This document shows positions 55,382-64,000 of a stretch of 64,000 nucleotides of DNA, piece after piece (position 1 is the first letter of the stretch; the number at the start of each line of letters is the position of its first letter). Under the pieces are notes generated by a model. It made no database searches. It was not told the origin of the DNA and was given only the letters and a program-made list of their open reading frames with translations. A program made the position numbers and the translations under genes. This stretch comes from Aequorivita sp. (GTDB taxonomy: Bacteria > Bacteroidota > Bacteroidia > Flavobacteriales > Flavobacteriaceae). The stretch is taken from assembly GCA_048268785.1 (NCBI GenBank), contig JBLWUV010000001.1:300962-364961 (forward strand). Direction: 5' to 3'.

Positions 55382-55996
55382 ATGAATACCGTCCGAAAAT
55401 CTGAAACCAATAAATTTAAGCGCGCCCACCTTTATTATAAATATACCGGCTTTTATTCCTTTGTTGGCCAAAGTTTAAAAAAGGCCTTGCTGCCCACAAT
55501 GGTGGTTATTGCAGCGCTCATTCTCCTCGATCTTTATGTGGTGGATTTTAGCAATCTGTTCACCTATATAACCGAAACGTATGCTCCCATTAATATTTTG
55601 TTGGTGTTTTTGGCTTCCGAATCTCTTTTAGGTTTGGTGCCGCCCGAAATTTTTATTGCCTGGAGCGATAAGATGCCAGAGCCTATGCTTTATTTGACGC
55701 TTTTGGCTGCCTTGTCCTATCTTGGGGGAATAATTTCCTATTTCATCGGCAAATGGATTTTTACCATTCCGCGGGTCTATTCCTATATGGAAGGAAAAAT
55801 GAAGAAACACTTAAAGCAAATCCGCAAGTGGGGTGGCTTTTTGATTGTTGTTGGCGCCTTGTTGCCCATTCCATATTCCATAACCAGTATGGCTGCGGGA
55901 ACCATTCATTATAAATTCCGAAACTTTTTACTGTTCGGTCTTCTACGGTTTGTAAGGTTTTATTTATATGCCATTGCCATTTTCAGTTTGGTGTAG
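55382..55996 (+). CDS. VTT/DedA-YqaA-like (SNARE-associated) membrane protein
   Basis: 204 aa from ATG 55382, with 4-5 TM helices. The motif region FLASESLLGLVPPEIF...GG.ISYFIGKW resembles DedA/YqaA family proteins. Confidence 0.6.
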   Translation: MNTVRKSETNKFKRAHLYYKYTGFYSFVGQSLKKALLPTMVVIAALILLDLYVVDFSNLFTYITETYAPINILLVFLASESLLGLVPPEIFIAWSDKMPEPMLYLTLLAALSYLGGIISYFIGKWIFTIPRVYSYMEGKMKKHLKQIRKWGGFLIVVGALLPIPYSITSMAAGTIHYKFRNFLLFGLLRFVRFYLYAIAIFSLV

Positions 55997-56069
55997 TATT
56001 TTTGACACTCCGAAGGAATATTTTTGGAGCATTTTCTTTTCACCCTAAAAATCAGCTACCCTCGTCCCC

Positions 56070-57335
56070 ATGAGGAAAAATGACCCCTACGCCGCCCTAC
56101 GATTTCGGGAATTCAATATTTTTCTATTGGTGCGGTTTGCCATGGTTTTTGCTTGGAGCATGCAATTTGTGGTGATTGAATGGGAGGTTTACAGCATTAC
56201 AAAAAATCCACTATCCCTTGGAATCATTGGGCTGATGGAAGTAATTCCCGCCGTGGCCATGGCGCTGTTTGCGGGTCATATAGTGGACCAACGGGAAAAA
56301 CGAGGCCTTTTATTCAAATGTATTTTGGGATTTTCAGTGGTGAGTCTTGGTCTATTTCTTTTAACTTGGCCGCGGGTCGTCGAAGACCTTTCCACAAACA
56401 CCATTCTTTACGCGGTTTATTTTTTGGTGTTTTTGGGCGGAATTGTACGTGCCTTTTTGGGCCCTACCATTTTTTCGTTGTTTTCTTTATTGGTCCCAAA
56501 AAAAATATATCCTAACGCGGCCACTTGGAGCAGTTCGGTTTGGCAAATGGGCTCGGTGGTTGGGCCAGCTGCCGGCGGATTTTTTATACATTGGATTGGC
56601 GTGCACTGGTCCATGTGCTTCGTTTTTGCCTTTTCGCTAATGGCGTTGTTGCTTCTGTTGCAAATTCCCAAAAAACCCATTTTAAACCCCAATATTGGGG
56701 AACCCGTGATGAAAAGTTTAAAGGAAGGCATTAAATTCGTTAGGAATACGCGGGTTATCCTCGGTGCATTGACGTTGGATATGTTTGCGGTGCTGTTCGG
56801 CGGCGCCGTTGCACTATTGCCCATTTATGCACAGGATATTTTAAAGGTGGGTCCCGAGGGGTTTGGAATTCTACGTGCGGCCCCCGCTGTGGGAGCGCTA
56901 TTGATCATGTTTACCTCGGCACATTTTCCCCTAAATAAAAATGCGGGAATGAAACTGCTGGCTGCTATTTTCGGATTTGGAATTTGCATAATTGTTTTTG
57001 GTGTTTCCACTTGGTTTTGGCTTTCCGTGGTGGCGCTGTTTTTAAGTGGAGCTACCGACGGAATTTCTATGGTCATCCGTTCCACTATTTTACAACTCCG
57101 AACCCCCGATGCGATGCGCGGCCGGGTAGCCTCTGTAAATTCTATGTTCGTGGGTTCCTCAAATGAACTGGGTGCCTTTGAAAGCGGACTTACCGCCAAA
57201 CTTATGGGCACGGTGAACGCGGTGGTTTTTGGAGGAACGATGACTTTGATTACCGTTATTGGAACGGGAATGTTTTTTCCAAAACTGCGAAAACTCGATT
57301 TGCAAAAGGATTTGGACGAACACCAAAAAGATTGA
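56070..57335 (+). CDS. MFS transporter (EntS/MFS_3-like exporter family)
   Basis: 421 aa with 12 TM helices. N-terminus ALRFREFNIFLLVRF and the loop GHIVDQREKR are typical of this family. Confidence 0.85.
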   Translation: MRKNDPYAALRFREFNIFLLVRFAMVFAWSMQFVVIEWEVYSITKNPLSLGIIGLMEVIPAVAMALFAGHIVDQREKRGLLFKCILGFSVVSLGLFLLTWPRVVEDLSTNTILYAVYFLVFLGGIVRAFLGPTIFSLFSLLVPKKIYPNAATWSSSVWQMGSVVGPAAGGFFIHWIGVHWSMCFVFAFSLMALLLLLQIPKKPILNPNIGEPVMKSLKEGIKFVRNTRVILGALTLDMFAVLFGGAVALLPIYAQDILKVGPEGFGILRAAPAVGALLIMFTSAHFPLNKNAGMKLLAAIFGFGICIIVFGVSTWFWLSVVALFLSGATDGISMVIRSTILQLRTPDAMRGRVASVNSMFVGSSNELGAFESGLTAKLMGTVNAVVFGGTMTLITVIGTGMFFPKLRKLDLQKDLDEHQKD

Positions 57336-57409
57336 TTTTTTAAAAATCCTTTCTTCGTTCAATTATATATTTAATCTGTATTTTTAAGGTTACCTAATAG
57401 CCTTAAAAT

Positions 57410-58024
57410 ATGGAGCGCGACCATCGGGAATCTCCCAATTTATTTATGTTTTATCTAACGAAAACCGCCGGTTTAGAACCGCGGGAAGCACATCTGCTTT
57501 CCGACGGTTTGACGCGGCAAAAAGTTGAAAAAGGCACCCTATTGCTCCAACCCGGCGATCCGTGCAAACATTCCTTTTTTGTTGAACGGGGTTTGCTTCG
57601 ATCTTTTATGTTGGATGAAAATGGGAAGGAGCACGTAATTCAATTTGCGCCAGAAAATTGGTTTATCGTTGACCGAAGCAGCGTTTATTTTAATGATGCT
57701 TCAGAAAGTTATATCGAAGCAATTGAAGCGTCGGAGGTGGTTTTGATCGGTGAGGATTTTATGTGTCGTGCCGCCGAAATGAGTTCAGTTTTTAGACGAT
57801 ATAACGATAAATTGTTGCACAATCACATCCGCCAAATGCAGAAACGTATCAACCTATTGTTGGGGGCTTCGGCAGAAAAGCGCTATTTAAGCTTTATAGA
57901 AATGTATCCAGATTTGCTCCTTCGGGTGCCGCAATGGATGATTGCTTCCTACTTGGGAATTACGCCCGAAAGTTTGAGTCGGGTCCGGAAGGAATTGGCA
58001 CATAAAAACTTTAAGCCAAGCTAA
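57410..58024 (+). CDS. Crp/Fnr family transcriptional regulator
   Basis: 204 aa. cNMP-binding beta-roll (G..LLQPGD.....FFVERGLLR) plus a C-terminal HTH (IASYLGITPESLSRVRKEL). Confidence 0.85.
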   Translation: MERDHRESPNLFMFYLTKTAGLEPREAHLLSDGLTRQKVEKGTLLLQPGDPCKHSFFVERGLLRSFMLDENGKEHVIQFAPENWFIVDRSSVYFNDASESYIEAIEASEVVLIGEDFMCRAAEMSSVFRRYNDKLLHNHIRQMQKRINLLLGASAEKRYLSFIEMYPDLLLRVPQWMIASYLGITPESLSRVRKELAHKNFKPS

Positions 58025-58029
58025 TATTT

Positions 58030-58071
58030 AAAAAAAAAAGGCCTGTCAAATCAACGCGACAGGCCTTTTTC
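58030..58071. terminator. Bidirectional rho-independent terminator between the convergent crp-like and pirin genes
   Basis: A9-aggcctgtc-N10-gacaggcct-T5. Confidence 0.75.
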
Positions 58072-58083
58072 TGTTTAAAGACA

Positions 58084-58959
58084 TCAATCCAAATATCCAA
58101 ATTTGCCCATATTGAAATCGCTGATTGCTTGCACCAATTCACTTCGGGTGTTCATAACAAAGGGACCTTGGGCGGCGATGGGTTCATTTATGGGCTCGCC
58201 GCTCAATACCAAGACTACGGCATCATCGGTTGCTTCGAGCTGGAAGGTTTCACCGTCATTCTTAAACAATCCAAAGCTATCGGTTTTCAGGGTTTCGGCC
58301 TTATTCACTTTTACGTCGCCCTCAATAACCAATAGTGCCGTATTGAAATGTTTTGGAAAACTGAACGAGGCCGTTCCGCCGCTTTTTAGTTTCACATTCA
58401 TCATGTTTATGGGGGTAAACGTAAAGGCGGGACCTTTTATTCCGTTATATTCTCCCGCAATAACTTCTACCGTACCCGCTCCTTCGGGGAGTTCCACTTT
58501 TTTGATGTCCTCTTTGGTAATGCCTTGATATTTCGGTGGGTCCATTTTGTGTGCCGCGGGAAGGTTTACCCACAATTGCACCATTTGGAAATAGCCGCCC
58601 TTTTTGCTGAACGTTTCCTCGTGATATTCTTTATGGAGAATGCCAGCCGCCGCCGTCATCCACTGAACATCGCCCTCGCCAATAACGCCGCTGTTTCCGG
58701 CGCTGTCGTGATGGGCCACGCTGCCTTTATAGGCAATGGTAACCGTTTCGAACCCACGGTGCGGATGCACCCCAACGCCGCGTGGCTGATCGGTGGGTGG
58801 AAAGTAGAATTTGCTGTTGTAATCCATCAAGATGAATGGATCCATTCTTTCATACCCTTTGCGGATTCCGGAAGGAATATATTGGTGCACCCGAAAACCA
58901 TCGCCAACCATATGTGGAGCCGGAGGGGAGAAAATTTGTTCTATGCTTTTTGTTTTCAT
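58084..58959 (-). CDS. Pirin family protein (bicupin)
   Basis: 291 aa with a cupin metal site HPHRGFETVT...H.D..GN.G....G.VQWMTAG.G..H.E. Confidence 0.9.
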   Translation of the reverse strand: MKTKSIEQIFSPPAPHMVGDGFRVHQYIPSGIRKGYERMDPFILMDYNSKFYFPPTDQPRGVGVHPHRGFETVTIAYKGSVAHHDSAGNSGVIGEGDVQWMTAAAGILHKEYHEETFSKKGGYFQMVQLWVNLPAAHKMDPPKYQGITKEDIKKVELPEGAGTVEVIAGEYNGIKGPAFTFTPINMMNVKLKSGGTASFSFPKHFNTALLVIEGDVKVNKAETLKTDSFGLFKNDGETFQLEATDDAVVLVLSGEPINEPIAAQGPFVMNTRSELVQAISDFNMGKFGYLD

Positions 58960-59043
58960 AACGTAAGTTTTAAGAAGTTTAAAATTACTGAGTTACCTAA
59001 TTTTTTCTATTGATATATGGTAAGAATTAATAATTCCTTATGG

Positions 59044-59082
59044 AGAAAAAAAGAAGACTTCATTTTTGCAAACGAAGTCCTC
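59044..59082 (-). terminator. Possible terminator after yceI
   Basis: The minus strand reads aggacttc-N12-gaagtctt followed by cttttttt. The stem is imperfect. Confidence 0.4.
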
Positions 59083-59118
59083 AATTTTAAAAAAAAGGGA
59101 ACAGTAAATTTTATAAAC

Positions 59119-59640
59119 CTATTGCTTAATAAATTGAAGAGAAACGATCATTTTTACTTTATCGCCCACAACAACGCTGCCTGCTTCGGTGACTGCATTC
59201 CAAGTGAGTCCAAAATCCTTTCGGCTTATTTGGCCTTCAAATTCAAAACCGGCTTTTGTTTGCCCATAAGGATCTACGGCCGTTCCGTTGAATTCTGCAT
59301 CTAAGCTAATTTCTTTGGTAACGCCTTTTATGGTTAAATCGCCAACCATTTTTTCGCCATCAAACGATTTGGATTTGAAGGAAAGCTCCGGATGGGCCGC
59401 CGCGCCGAAAAATTCATCGCTTTTTAAATGCTGGTCGCGGTCTTTGTTGTTTGTGTTTATTGAATCGATTTCGGCAGAAAAGGTGAAGTTGCCATTTTTA
59501 AAATCCTGATCAGCAGTTTCAACCTGCCCATTGAATTTTTCAAAACGGCCCGTTACGGTCGAAATCATCATATGCTTTACCTTAAAATTGATTTCCGAAT
59601 GGGAAGCGTCAATTTTCCATACTGTTTTTGAAGTGTCCAT
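59119..59640 (-). CDS. yceI: YceI-like polyisoprenoid-binding protein
   Basis: 173 aa. W.IDASHSEINFKVKHMMISTVTG.F..F.G...... and RD.HLKS.(D/E)FF are typical of YceI. Confidence 0.9.
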   Translation of the reverse strand: MDTSKTVWKIDASHSEINFKVKHMMISTVTGRFEKFNGQVETADQDFKNGNFTFSAEIDSINTNNKDRDQHLKSDEFFGAAAHPELSFKSKSFDGEKMVGDLTIKGVTKEISLDAEFNGTAVDPYGQTKAGFEFEGQISRKDFGLTWNAVTEAGSVVVGDKVKMIVSLQFIKQ

Positions 59641-59731
59641 AATTATAAATTTTTAAGTTAGGTACAAAATTAAGGTTTGCACCCATCTTGGACATTGATG
59701 TATGTTAAGTAATAAAAAACAGGGCAGATGT

Positions 59732-60343
59732 TCAATGGTCCATAGCTTGGATCAATTGTTCAAAATTTTCGATGGTTACGTGAAGAACGCCGCCAAGGCT
59801 TATAATTGGGGTGGTAATGGAATCCAATGAAACCGTGGCATTGGCAAAGGCGGGCGCCAATTGCGTTTTGAGTTCGGGTTTTTCGGTGAAGCGATAAGCC
59901 GTGAAGCGGTAGCGGCTATTTTCCAAATTGGAAACAAGGCTGTCGCAAGTGGGGCAATTTTCCGGAACGTACACAATTATTTTCTTTTTTGGGTCGATTT
60001 TGATAGGTTCGGCCTCTTTCCGAAGCGCGCGGCGGGAAAGACTGTCGCTAACTTTTAGATTATAGGTGTAATTGGCTTTTTTGCCCCTGTCCACTATCAG
60101 GTTGGTAAGCATAACTTTTGAGGCGGCCGGCACCCGCACGGCACGGGGAACGCCTTTGCTTTGTCGGAAATTGGTTCCTTCAACGGTTATGGAAACGTCC
60201 AAATCCTGTTCGTTTTTGTTCAATGCATACAAAAAAAGACGGTTGGCCTTGGCTTCTTCAACAATTTCTATGGGTCTATTTTGGGAAAAGGAGGCAGTAA
60301 CGCCGGTAAAAAGAAATAGGGAAAGGAGTAATTTTTTCAACAT
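59732..60343 (-). CDS. Secreted hypothetical protein
   Basis: 203 aa with signal peptide MLKKLLLSLFLFTGVTASFSQ and one CPTC motif. No family recognised. Confidence 0.6.
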   Translation of the reverse strand: MLKKLLLSLFLFTGVTASFSQNRPIEIVEEAKANRLFLYALNKNEQDLDVSITVEGTNFRQSKGVPRAVRVPAASKVMLTNLIVDRGKKANYTYNLKVSDSLSRRALRKEAEPIKIDPKKKIIVYVPENCPTCDSLVSNLENSRYRFTAYRFTEKPELKTQLAPAFANATVSLDSITTPIISLGGVLHVTIENFEQLIQAMDH

Positions 60344-60392
60344 ATTGGTTTTTGGTTTTCGTGCTTTCGAAGATAAAAATTAAACCCACAAT

Positions 60393-60430
60393 AAAAAAAA
60401 TTCCCGCCGAATAGCGGGAATTATTTTTTT
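60393..60430. terminator. Bidirectional-looking rho-independent terminator after the YtxH-like gene
   Basis: A8-ttcccgc-cgaata-gcgggaa-ttATTTTTTT. Confidence 0.7.
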
Positions 60431-60444
60431 AACCAAAAAGACCA

Positions 60445-60678
60445 TTAATTCGAAAGGTCGTTAACTTCTCTTTTTGCGCTGTTTTTAAGCTGATCATATT
60501 TTTCTGAAATTGTGTTTTCCACCTCGCCGGCTTTTTCCTTAATCTTTCTGCCGGTTTCGTTGGCCTTGTCCTTCAATCGTTGTTTTTCCTCGGGCGTCAT
60601 GTTTTTATATTTCCAAAACGCAAAGGCACCAGCTGCTATCCCCAGCAGTGCCAATAATCCTTTTCCTTTGTTATTCAT
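60445..60678 (-). CDS. YtxH-like small stress protein (N-terminal TM helix plus Lys/Glu-rich helix)
   Basis: 77 aa: MNNKGKGLLALLGIAAGAFAFWKY...EEKQRLKDKANETGRKIKEKAGE. Confidence 0.65.
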   Translation of the reverse strand: MNNKGKGLLALLGIAAGAFAFWKYKNMTPEEKQRLKDKANETGRKIKEKAGEVENTISEKYDQLKNSAKREVNDLSN

Positions 60679-60987
60679 AGTGTTTTTCTTTTTAAGTTTT
60701 TGTGAAGATACGGCTTAAATCAATTTCCCAAGAATTCCAAATTGACTTTAGTAATTATTTAATACTCTGCTTCAATATTTTAAAAAGAATTCCCAATGTT
60801 TTTTTGAACTTTTCCCTGTTCTTGAAAAATTGAACAAAACAGGACTTTGCTTCGACCGAATCCATTAAGAAGTATTTTCAAATAAAAACTGCCCAAAATT
60901 CCTTCAGAATAAATCCTCCAAAAAATGCTGCCAAAACCTATAAAAGGACGTAATTTTGCAAAACTTCAAAAAAAAGTGGGGATTTTT

Positions 60988-62541
60988 ATGACAGAGACCA
61001 AAGCCGCCATTCAAGAAAAAAAAACCGACAAAGAACTTTATAGCTACCAAAAGGGCGCCATCAATAAAATTTTTGAGAAGTTTGAAACCGCCCCCGATGA
61101 CTATCATTTGCTGTACCAGTTGCCAACGGGAGGAGGGAAGACCGTCATTTTTTCTGAAATTGTGCGTCAATATTTAAAAATGCACGATAAAAAAGTGCTT
61201 GTAATGACACACCGGGTGGAGCTTTGCCGGCAAACTTCCGAAATGCTTACCAGTTTTGGAGTGGTAAACAAAGTAGTGAACAGCACCGCCAATCTTTCGG
61301 ATCAGGGAAAATACAGTTGCTTTGTGGCCATGGTGGAAACCCTGAACAATCGTTTGAACGATAATAAGCTGGACATTTCCGACATCGGTTTGGTAATAAT
61401 TGACGAGGCGCATTACAACTCCTTTACCAAACTGTTCAAATTTTTTGAGAAATCATTTATCCTTGGCGTAACGGCAACACCGCTCAGTTCCAACCGCGGC
61501 CTGCCGATGAAAGATAACTATCAGGAATTGATCGTGGGGGAAAGCATTCAATCGTTGATTGAAAATGAATTTTTGGCAGAAGTGGAAGTTTTCCAATATA
61601 ATATGGGCTTAACTTCACTCGAAATTGGTTCCAACGGCGACTATACCGTAAAATCTTCAGACGATTTGTATTCTGCCGTGGGGATGTTGGACCAACTGCT
61701 TCAAGCCTATCTAAACCACGCCAAAGGCAAAAAAACCCTGATTTTCAACAACGGTATCAATACCTCCATTCAAGTCTATTATCATTTGAAGGCTGAAGGT
61801 TTGCCCATTATGCACCTGGACAATACGGCCACCAAAAAACAACGCAGGCAGCTATTAAAATGGTTTCGCGAAACGCCCGATGCCATTTTAACTTCGGTGA
61901 GCATCTTGACCACCGGTTTTGATGAACCCACAATTGACACCATAATATTGAACCGCGCCACGCGATCCTTGACGCTCTATTTTCAAATGATCGGCCGTGG
62001 GTCGCGTATTCTGAACAACAAATCAAAATTTTCGGTAATCGATTTGGGGAACAATTACCAACGTTTCGGACCTTGGGACGCGCCTTTGGATTGGCAGGCC
62101 ATTTTCCGTTCACCCGACTATTATATGGACCGGCTTTTGAGCGATGAAGAACTCGAAAGCCATTTCCGATATGAAATGCCCGATGAATTGCGCGCGGAAT
62201 TCGCCAAAAGTAAAGAGGTATATTTTGACATAAAAGATACCTATCAAGAAGCAGTTTTAAAGGGCGAATCGAGCAAAGTGGTTTTGGAACGCTCCATTGC
62301 CCAACACGCCTATATTTGTGTTGAAAACAGCGAAGATGTTTATGATGCGTTGGGCCTAGCCAAAATGTTGGGCGATGACATTGACCATCGCATTGAGAAA
62401 TATTCACAATGCATCAGTAAGAGCACCCATAATTTTATATCGTGGCTTAAAGAAGATTACCGGCTTAAATTACGCACCTATTTGCGTGAAAATTTTGATG
62501 AAGTTTTCGAGCAGATCCACGGCCATCCGCCAGAAGATTAG
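60988..62541 (+). CDS. SF2 DEAD/DEAH-box helicase family protein (type III restriction Res-subunit-like core) with ~150-aa C-terminal extension
   Basis: 517 aa from ATG 60988. Motif I PTGGGKT, motif II IIDEAH, motif III TATP, and motif VI QMIGRGSR. Confidence 0.8.
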   Translation: MTETKAAIQEKKTDKELYSYQKGAINKIFEKFETAPDDYHLLYQLPTGGGKTVIFSEIVRQYLKMHDKKVLVMTHRVELCRQTSEMLTSFGVVNKVVNSTANLSDQGKYSCFVAMVETLNNRLNDNKLDISDIGLVIIDEAHYNSFTKLFKFFEKSFILGVTATPLSSNRGLPMKDNYQELIVGESIQSLIENEFLAEVEVFQYNMGLTSLEIGSNGDYTVKSSDDLYSAVGMLDQLLQAYLNHAKGKKTLIFNNGINTSIQVYYHLKAEGLPIMHLDNTATKKQRRQLLKWFRETPDAILTSVSILTTGFDEPTIDTIILNRATRSLTLYFQMIGRGSRILNNKSKFSVIDLGNNYQRFGPWDAPLDWQAIFRSPDYYMDRLLSDEELESHFRYEMPDELRAEFAKSKEVYFDIKDTYQEAVLKGESSKVVLERSIAQHAYICVENSEDVYDALGLAKMLGDDIDHRIEKYSQCISKSTHNFISWLKEDYRLKLRTYLRENFDEVFEQIHGHPPED

Positions 62542-62611
62542 CGAAACCAACTTATGGGTTCGCGCTTGGCGCTAATAGCATTCCCTTTATATTTGCACCA
62601 AATAAACAGCC

Positions 62612-63958
62612 ATGGAATCATTCAACGAGCTTTCCCTTTCGAAAAACCTGCAGCGGGCCCTAGCGGAACTTTCCCTGGAAAAACCCACGCCCATACAGGC
62701 CCAGTCCTATCCAGTAATTATGTCGGGTACCGATATGGTGGGAATCGCCCAAACCGGAACTGGGAAAACCTTTGCCTATTTGTTGCCGATTCTTCAAGAC
62801 TTGCCTTTCTCGAAAGAACCGAACCCACGGGTGTTGATTTTAGTGCCCACGCGCGAACTGGTGCTGCAAGTAGTGGAAGAAGTGGAAAAACTGGCGCAAT
62901 ATATGTCGGTGCGAGTAATTGGAGTCTTTGGAGGCACCAACATCAACCGACAAAAGGAAGCCGTGGCTGAAGGAGCCGATATTATCGTAGCTACTCCCGG
63001 CCGCCTTTACGATCTTGTCTTGGCCCGTTCCCTTCAATTAAAGGCTATTAAAAAAGTGGTAATCGATGAAGTGGACGTCATGCTCGATTTGGGGTTTCGG
63101 TTCCAGCTTACCAATATTTTGGACTTGTTGCCAAACCGCCGGCAAAATTTGATGTTCTCGGCTACTATGACCAATGAGGTACACGAATTTATCCAAACCT
63201 TTTTTATAGCGCCCACCACCATATCGGTAGCTGTAAGTGGAACGCCGCTAGATAATATTGCACAGTTTGCGTATGGCGTACCCAATTTCTACACCAAGGT
63301 CAATTTATTAAAACATTTGCTTCAAGACGAAAACGAGTTTAAAAAAGTACTGGTTTTTGTGCCTAACAAGAAAAGTGCCGATCTGCTTTTTGATTTATTG
63401 GATGATTTTTTTGGAAGCGAGGTGGCCGTCATCCACAGCAATAAAACACAGAATTACCGCCTACGTTCCATTGAAAATTTTAACGCGAGAAAAACGCGTA
63501 TTTTGGTAACCACCGACGTAATGTCGCGCGGTCTGGACCTCGATCAAATAAGCCATGTGGTAAATATTGATGTTCCCACCTTTCCTGAAAACTATATGCA
63601 CCGCATTGGCCGGACGGGAAGGGCGGCCCAAAAAGGAACGGCCTTACTGTTTTATTCCGAAAAGGAAGTGGCCGCTAAACAAACCATTGAAAATTTAATG
63701 GGCCGGGAAATCGAAGAACTCCCGTTTCCAAAAGAAGTTTCCATTTCACAACTGCAAACCGAGGACGAAAAACCCCAAATAGTCGAAATTAATAATCCAA
63801 TTAAGGTTGAAGATGCCGGACCCGCCTTTCACGAAAAAAAGGAAAAGAACAAAAAGGTAAACCAAGGCGGATCCTATAAGCGAAAAATTAAACAGAAATA
63901 CAAAAAACCAAAAACCCGAGGCGACAAGAACTTTGGAAAGAATAAACGGGGGAAGTAG
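62612..63958 (+). CDS. rhlE: DEAD-box ATP-dependent RNA helicase (RhlE-like) with basic C-terminal tail
   Basis: 448 aa. Q-motif (F.EL.L...L..A......PTPIQ), AQTGTGKT, DEVD, SAT and HRIGRTGRA. Lys-rich tail. Confidence 0.9.
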   Translation: MESFNELSLSKNLQRALAELSLEKPTPIQAQSYPVIMSGTDMVGIAQTGTGKTFAYLLPILQDLPFSKEPNPRVLILVPTRELVLQVVEEVEKLAQYMSVRVIGVFGGTNINRQKEAVAEGADIIVATPGRLYDLVLARSLQLKAIKKVVIDEVDVMLDLGFRFQLTNILDLLPNRRQNLMFSATMTNEVHEFIQTFFIAPTTISVAVSGTPLDNIAQFAYGVPNFYTKVNLLKHLLQDENEFKKVLVFVPNKKSADLLFDLLDDFFGSEVAVIHSNKTQNYRLRSIENFNARKTRILVTTDVMSRGLDLDQISHVVNIDVPTFPENYMHRIGRTGRAAQKGTALLFYSEKEVAAKQTIENLMGREIEELPFPKEVSISQLQTEDEKPQIVEINNPIKVEDAGPAFHEKKEKNKKVNQGGSYKRKIKQKYKKPKTRGDKNFGKNKRGK

Positions 63959-64000
63959 GTTTTGGTGAGTTTAGGGGATTAAATGTTTATGAGTTGAAAT

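Overview
This 64-kb window looks like ordinary chromosome from a Bacteroidota genome, probably Flavobacteriia-like. The signs are a short (~288 aa) primary sigma factor, Bacteroidota-type ParC/ParE, A-rich leaders without Shine-Dalgarno sequences, a TAnnTTTG-type -7 box, and DUF3822, DUF4126 and DUF3817 neighbours. I support about 70 protein genes and one structured RNA, the RNase P RNA (rnpB). Gene content is mainly housekeeping: ychF, cbpA/cbpM, parE/parC, rpsA, pyrR/pyrB, rnz, pdxH, sixA-like/ppk1/ppx, miaE, dnaX, rsmD, a recD-like helicase, kdsB, yebC, glsA, gcvT, rpoD and rhlE. Ion and osmotic-stress functions are over-represented: three MscS paralogs, a ClC channel and an SLC13/TrkA-C permease. 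I saw no rRNA, tRNA, CRISPR array, transposase, integrase or phage genes. Five loci deserve a second look. (1) An unannotated minus-strand array of three paralogous micro-ORFs (28, 28 and 44 aa) with its own terminator at 54.7-55.2 kb. (2) An A10 run in dnaX at the end of the clamp-loader core, with a hairpin 2 nt upstream and immediate stops in both alternative frames, which suggests a gamma/tau recoding or slippage site. (3) A KdsB::iron-alcohol-dehydrogenase fusion protein. (4) A four-helix-bundle ('23S rRNA IVS protein'/Avd-like) gene inside inverted GGAATATGGA-type repeat arms between parE and parC. (5) Families of intergenic hairpin and simple-sequence repeats, including three tandem 29-bp hairpin units between pyrR and pyrB. 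All functional calls come from reading the translated ORFs by eye. No database search was run.
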